From positions 128,001 through 192,000 of the forward strand of contig CAWHXP010000007.1 of NCBI GenBank assembly GCA_963833425.1: a DNA stretch of 64,000 nt, given 5' to 3'. Below are positions 58,341 through 64,000 of this stretch, one piece after another. The notes under the pieces are model-generated. The model had not been told where the DNA came from, made no database searches, and was given only the letters and a program-made list of their open reading frames with translations. Source of the stretch: an uncultured Methanosarcinaceae archaeon. Its GTDB lineage: Archaea; Halobacteriota; Methanosarcinia; Methanosarcinales; Methanosarcinaceae. The first letter of the stretch is position 1. Every line of letters begins with the position of its first letter. The position numbers and the translations under genes are program-made.

Positions 58341-58703
58341 GCCCCACTGAATTGATGGTAACTTCAAGTTAATTCTGAAGGCATTTGGGGTATGAAATAC
58401 CTTTTATTTTATCGTTAGACTTCAACAGATCATTTTACCCCATTTAATGTTATTTTCAAATATTAAGAATAAATAAAGAATATATATTAAAGAAATATAA
58501 GTAGTAAAATCAATATTAGAAAACTTTAGAATTTAGCTATGCAGCTAATTAATATTACTCTACAGCCGAATTGAAATTTGGCTCTGGATCTGGCTTTTTT
58601 GTAGTGAAAGGAAAAGAGTACAGAGATAATCATATTTTACAGAATTTTTGTTACACGGCTTCTACTTTAGTATTTTTTAAATCTTTTCCCGTTTTATTCG
58701 CGC

Positions 58704-59980
58704 TCATTTGAACATCTCCGGAAAGATCACGCTTACGGTGTAGAGCATAGAGATAAGAAGTATAGTAAATACTATCAAAAAACCCCAAATGTTTTGGGTT
58801 AAAGTATTTTTATGTTTTCCCATCATCTCTTCGTTGTTGAGCAGGAGTAGCAGAAAAACCAAAGCTACAGGAAGAAGAGTAACCGTTATCACCTGCACGA
58901 AAAGAGTTATCAGCACCAATGGTGCTCCTGGGATTATTACAACTATGCCTGCGAAGACCAAGCTCATGAAAAAAAAGGCATAGAACATAGGCGCTTCTGA
59001 AAATTTATCGTTGATGGAGTGGGCCCATCCAAAAATTTCTCCCATTGCCCATGAACTTGCCAACGATATGCATATGGCCCCAAGAAGTCCGGCATCAAAG
59101 AGTCCTATGGCAAGAGCAGATCCAACAATTGGGTAGCTACCCATGATAGCAATTGCAGCTTGAGCAGCGCTGTCTATATTTACTCCAGCGGGCTTGAAAA
59201 GCAACGTGCCTGTGAGAATTACGCAAGCGATTGCAACTACTACTGTAAAGAATGCACCAACTGCAGTATCGAATTTTCCAAAGGAAATATCCTTCTCAAT
59301 CATACCTTTATCGACTATGGAGCTCTGTTGGAAGAATGTCATCCAGGGGGGATATCAGAGTCCCTATATTCGCCATTAAAAAGAAGAAGAAATCACCTGT
59401 GAACCCGTGGATAGGAATACTTGGAATCGAACCTTTGATGACATCGCTAAAATTGGGGCGAATAAACAGAATCGCACGAATATAGATCAGGTTGAGTACG
59501 CAGAAAAGGAGTACAATCTTTTCCCATGTCCAGTATCTTCCATGGATGAATATTGAGATCATCAAGATGGAGACACCAATTATTGTTAATATAGGCGGTA
59601 CGCCAAATATTTTTAGAGCATCTGTCATTCCTATAAACTCAGTTACCATCGTAAGAAAATCCAAAATGCCCAAATCTATTAACGATAACCAGCCCCAAAA
59701 AGAGCCAAAAGCATAGAATATAGCTTCTGCATGTCCTTTCTTAGTGACCGTGCCTAGTCTCACAGCCATTTCCTGAACAACATATACTACTGGGCCAAGA
59801 AATATTAAGAGCCAAATTAAGTTAAAGCCAAATTTGGCACCTGTTGCGGTATAAGTTGTGATACTACCCGCATCATTATCTGCTATCATCACAATTATGC
59901 CTGGCCCAGCAAGTACCAAATACAAACTCAGCCATTTTATGAGCCTGCGATATTTGTAGTAATACCATGAACCTTCAATA
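58704..59980 (-). pseudogene. Second NRAMP-family transporter, one internal frameshift in a G6 run (59346-59351)
   Basis: AGPGIIVMIADNDAGSITTY and MANIGTLISP|WMTFFQQS; removing one base joins ORFs 59308-59925 and 58704-59342. Confidence 0.85.
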
Positions 59981-60349
59981 ATTAATCAGCTCCATAGTTT
60001 GATTCCCTATTGAACTAAATGAATTTCATTGTTACTCCGGTGAACAAAAAAATAGTGGTATTAAGCACTTAACTATCTAAATCCCAATCGAGATTTGCAG
60101 ACGTACACAAATGTACAATTCGTTTGCCTATTTTTCACTATTATCCATTAAAAATTAGATCAATTTTAAGCTACTTCCATATGAGAAAAAAGATAACATT
60201 TTTGTATACATCTGTGCAAAGTAGGATAGTTGCCTATTTTTTAAATTTGAATCATAAATGTCTCAAATTTTGTTCATGTGTTTGGAAACTTGATTGTTCC
60301 ACTTTCGTATCGGAATATATTATATTTGGCCGATTCACGCCTAGAAAAT

Positions 60350-60450
60350 GTGAAAAATAGTAAGAAACACACAGGCAAGATCTAATAAATCTTAATCCTG
60401 TCGATTTTAAATTAAAGCAAAAATGAGTAAATTAGTTTTATATAGTCTAT
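60350..60450 (+). repeat. ~100-bp direct repeat, copy 2
   Basis: Matches 57958-58058. Confidence 0.7.
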
Positions 60451-61026
60451 TTCTAAAACATTCATTTTTGTACCACATGATCAAAAATCTATCTGTAGCA
60501 CTTTGTACCCAGTCAGGCCAATCTTTAACAGAAACGATAATTAAAAGCCTTAATTAGTCACTACTTCGCATGTAGCAAACAATAAAACATAATAGTAAAT
60601 CAGATCTATTAGAGCTGCAACAAGCCAGGAAAGAAAGCTGTAATAGCGGATTAATGTCGAAAATCAAGAAAATTGACAAGAAAAGACTTAATAATTGTTT
60701 GCTCGTTTATTTGTACTAATACCGTGTCATTTTTCTCATATTTTTCTTCATTGAGATAGAACCAAGCCATTAAGATAAACAGTACATACGAATCAACAGA
60801 GAACTCTTATTTCTTAAAGATCAAATTGTTTGTAACCACACCATCTTAAAGAACGGGATATAATCGCACATATGAATAATGGACAAATCAGTAAATTAAT
60901 TAGATAGCTTTCACTTCTGAAGATAGGACTTATTATTATAATAATTATTATTATGTACTATTAGAAATCTAAATAAATTGAAAAAATGCTTAGAATAAAT
61001 AGGGAAAAAGGCATAAAAAGCTTATT

Positions 61027-61677
61027 TCAGACAATCTCCGCTACTTTTTTTTCAGAAGCTTTAAACGTTTCTATTGACCTAAATTTGGTAAGGCCAGCTC
61101 CCATTGCAATTTTAAGAGCATTTTCATCGGTGATAAGATTCTCAGGTGCGTGGGTATCAGTGTTCACCACAAGAGTTGCTCCAATTTCAATGGCAAGCCT
61201 CGCAACATGTCCATTGGTTATGTTATGCCTATTTCTTGTCGTAATCTCAAGGTAAACGTTATTATCTACTGCAGTCTGAACATCTTCTTGCGATATAAGG
61301 CCTGGGTGAGCAAGAATATCCACATAATCACAGGCAACAGAAGCTGCATTTGTCCCTGATGCTACAGGTTCGGATACGGTTTCCCCATGAACGACCACAA
61401 TTTCTGCACCTATCTCTTTTGCTTTTTTTGCTAGAGGAGCTATCTTTCTTGGAGGTACATGCGTCAGTTCGACTCCAGCCAAAATGCGGATATCCCACTC
61501 ATTTTCGAGGTATTTGGCTTTCTTTGCAGCTTCTATAAGCTGTTCAAGATTTGTGTAATCAGCATGATCTGTAATTGCAATGGCCTTATAGCCGTGAATT
61601 ACTGCTCTCCGGGCCAATTCGCTGGGGATTAATTCTCCATCGCTGAAAATTGTATGAGTATGAAGATCAATCAACAT
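61027..61677 (-). CDS. PHP-domain phosphatase (histidinol-phosphatase-like)
   Basis: DLHTHTIFSDG, AITDH, GVELTHV, ILAHPG and NTDTH motifs. Confidence 0.9.
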   Translation of the reverse strand: MLIDLHTHTIFSDGELIPSELARRAVIHGYKAIAITDHADYTNLEQLIEAAKKAKYLENEWDIRILAGVELTHVPPRKIAPLAKKAKEIGAEIVVVHGETVSEPVASGTNAASVACDYVDILAHPGLISQEDVQTAVDNNVYLEITTRNRHNITNGHVARLAIEIGATLVVNTDTHAPENLITDENALKIAMGAGLTKFRSIETFKASEKKVAEIV

Positions 61678-61780
61678 GATCACCCTATTTGAAACTCATT
61701 TTAATTTTTGCTATCAGACTGTTTTCAGTACTCAATTTGTCTACTCGTCCATTTTCTCTGTGTCTACGGGAACTACATAA

Positions 61781-62578
61781 CTATAATTGTTCAGATGTTT
61801 CAAATTTTTCAAGCCTTTCTGTAACATCTGCAAAAGCGAAATTCATCTTGACATCTATTATACTAATCCTTACTTTTTCTCCAACCTCAACTTCCTTCAC
61901 GAAGACGATGAACTTTTCAATTTGCACGACTCCATCTCCACCTGACCCCAAATTCTTGATCTCTACAACGAATTCGTCTCCCTTGTGGAATGGTGCTGTA
62001 AGGAATTTCTTCCCAATAAAGTATATTTCCGCACTTTGAGACCTTGAAGCTTTCGGAGAATAAGCTGTTGTTCGAACAAAGTTTTCCCTGGCATTTTGCA
62101 GGTAATCGTTGAACATGTCACCCTGGAATACTTTCACAACAAAATTTCCCTTCGTTTTCAGTATCCTCTTTGCACATTCGAGAGCTGAACTCGCCAGTTC
62201 GATTGACCTTGCATGATCATATGACCAGTTTCCTGACAGATTTGGGGCTGCGTCACAAAGCACTACGTCAACTCCCTTTAAACCGGTAGCTTGAATAATA
62301 GTCTTTATTGTCGATTCAGCGTTTATATCACCCTGAATGGTTTCAACGCCCTCAATATAATCAATTTTTTGTAGATCCACTCCAAGGACTTTGCCTCCAG
62401 ATAGCTTTTTTGCAACCTGTAACCATCCACCAGGTGCAGCACCTAAATCCACGACCGAATCTCCACGCTTTATAATTTTATGTTTTTCGTTGATCTGCAT
62501 AAGTTTGAAGGAAGCTCTTGACCGGTAACCTTCCTTTTTTGCTTGATGATAATAATAGTCTCTTCTATCCCTTGGCAT
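61781..62578 (-). CDS. rlmE: 23S rRNA (Um2552) 2'-O-methyltransferase with C-terminal TRAM domain
   Basis: GYRSRASFKL, VDLGAAPGGW, DAAP, VKVF and SAEIY (K-D-K-E tetrad), plus TRAM GSGGDGV. Confidence 0.95.
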   Translation of the reverse strand: MPRDRRDYYYHQAKKEGYRSRASFKLMQINEKHKIIKRGDSVVDLGAAPGGWLQVAKKLSGGKVLGVDLQKIDYIEGVETIQGDINAESTIKTIIQATGLKGVDVVLCDAAPNLSGNWSYDHARSIELASSALECAKRILKTKGNFVVKVFQGDMFNDYLQNARENFVRTTAYSPKASRSQSAEIYFIGKKFLTAPFHKGDEFVVEIKNLGSGGDGVVQIEKFIVFVKEVEVGEKVRISIIDVKMNFAFADVTERLEKFETSEQL

Positions 62579-62810
62579 TACTCATCTTCCCTGAACTGAA
62601 AGCTGATATAAGTTGTGCAAATTATTTTGCTAACTTTCAGAAGTTATCGCTTTTAATAAAGACATAATTATATATACTATATATATATTCTCGGTTATTT
62701 TTGAGTCTCGTAAACTCGGAAAAATATGACCATCAGCGTTTCAGGAGCTTTGTTCATCTATAAACAAAGTAATGCTCGGCTACGCCTTACAGAAAATAAA
62801 TTATAGCATC

Positions 62811-63854
62811 TCACAGAAGATAACGTCTGGAACTTAAAAATGTTCTTAGAATATCCTCACAGCTTGTTTTGTCGACTTTGATATCAGAAGGCTTTTCAAT
62901 TGTTTCAACGTTGATGGGTAGGCGCTTTTGAATTTCTTTAATGAGCTGTGAATCGCCACTCAGAATAACAAAGTCTATAAGGACATTTTTTTCAAGAACT
63001 TTATGCAGGACTTCAAAAACGTTGTCCATGTGGTGAGAGATATCTTCCTCCCGGAGGCGTTCGAACCGGCGCTGGCTAAAGCCTCCCTTACTATGCTTTT
63101 CCTTCACACTACTGCGGACAAATTCCTTGATATCGAAAACCTGGCCATAAGGAGCAAAACCTATGAAGGACTCCCCTGCATGCAGGACGATGACAAGAAT
63201 GCGGTAGTCCTTACTCAGAATCTCATCAAGAAAAGAAGTATCAAAGCTGGCCGCAAGCTTCCATGATGGATATTTTATCGGGATTGGAAGGACTATAGCT
63301 TCGCAGATCATATGGTGACAGTCATAGAATAGAATAAACCCGGTTTTAGGTTCAAGCCTCTCGAGAAGAATACGGATATCTTCTTCTATCAAATCAATCA
63401 CTTTTTCACTCAACAATCCAGATAGACGAGTTCCGCAAGGAAGGTAAACGGTAAGCAGGTCGTCAGCAGGAGAGCGAAGGGAACTTAGTTTGGAAATGTA
63501 AGCCTTAACAGCTAGCAAACTCAGGGGTTCAATTTTACGAAATTCCAATTTCTCTGGGGACTCGGCTCTTATTATCTCGAGCTCATGTGAGAGAGTTTTA
63601 ACGCGAACAAGCTCCTGTTTTAAACGGCTTTCAGCATCTTGCCTATCTGCAACTGCCTGTCTTGCAAGAGCCTCTTTTTTTTCGATCTGGGTTCTTACAT
63701 TTAGTAGATCGAGTTCGAGTTTCGCTACTAGAGAGTTAAGCCTGTCAATCTCAATCTCAAGATGGTCTTTTCCAGAAATTTTCCCTATGAGTGTGCTTAA
63801 TCTTTTTTTTGTATCTTCAGAAGTTTTTTGTTTTAATTTTTTTTCAATTGTCAT
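62811..63854 (-). CDS. Vms1/ANKZF1-like (acVLRF1) eRF1-superfamily protein with N-terminal coiled coil
   Basis: VRSSVKEKHSKGGFSQRRFERLRE motif; intact. Confidence 0.85.
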   Translation of the reverse strand: MTIEKKLKQKTSEDTKKRLSTLIGKISGKDHLEIEIDRLNSLVAKLELDLLNVRTQIEKKEALARQAVADRQDAESRLKQELVRVKTLSHELEIIRAESPEKLEFRKIEPLSLLAVKAYISKLSSLRSPADDLLTVYLPCGTRLSGLLSEKVIDLIEEDIRILLERLEPKTGFILFYDCHHMICEAIVLPIPIKYPSWKLAASFDTSFLDEILSKDYRILVIVLHAGESFIGFAPYGQVFDIKEFVRSSVKEKHSKGGFSQRRFERLREEDISHHMDNVFEVLHKVLEKNVLIDFVILSGDSQLIKEIQKRLPINVETIEKPSDIKVDKTSCEDILRTFLSSRRYLL

Positions 63855-64000
63855 CGAATTTCCTTCCCTATTATTGAACCTTCTCCGGCTTTATTAGAAT
63901 TATAGCTCGCAATTTGAATTAAAACGTATAAATGCAACACTTATAAGTAAAATTCCTGCTTCGTAGAAACACTATTGAAGATTCCGATTGATCTCTAATT

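Noticed and set aside
1..64000. Explaining all broken genes as long-read indel errors or an alternative genetic code
   Set aside because: Long intact genes coexist with genes carrying many lesions, all three stop types and frameshifts occur, and diverged duplications and deletions are present. Single-lesion cases (NRAMP-2, sulfatase, 40713) could still be errors.

Overview
AT-rich archaeal DNA, most consistent with a Methanosarcina-type methanogen (HdrC2-like subunit, DUF3303 and DUF2180 proteins, MEDS/PAS histidine kinase, YVTN surface protein, RlmE-TRAM, GGTGA/GGAG ribosome-binding sites). The dominant feature is gene-selective decay. About 17 genes are intact: aldehyde dehydrogenase, DUF3303, isochorismatase, 2x DUF2180, pyrimidine-dimer glycosylase, ankyrin protein, WrbA, CydAB, a PxSPGT-repeat secreted protein, HdrC, DUF1269, DUF202, PHP, RlmE and Vms1/acVLRF1. 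They sit among more than 20 pseudogenes: DUF4062-NACHT, ThiF, MetX-CBS, HEAT repeat, SAM methyltransferases, C45 peptidase, a ~5 kb sensor kinase, a terminase-small-subunit-like gene, arylsulfatase, BASS transporter, Cache-pLGIC channel, HAD, HdeD, two NRAMPs and several secreted repeat proteins. Dead IS5, IS1 and IS200/605 elements and MITEs are also present. Other notable items are a set of small signal-peptide plus tandem-repeat proteins, a ~320-bp non-coding block duplicated ahead of two membrane-protein genes, an orphan hdrC, near-cognate start codons behind good RBSs, and recurrent short tandem duplications. No rRNA, tRNA or CRISPR array was seen. All family assignments come from motif recognition by eye, not database searches, and pseudogene boundaries are approximate.
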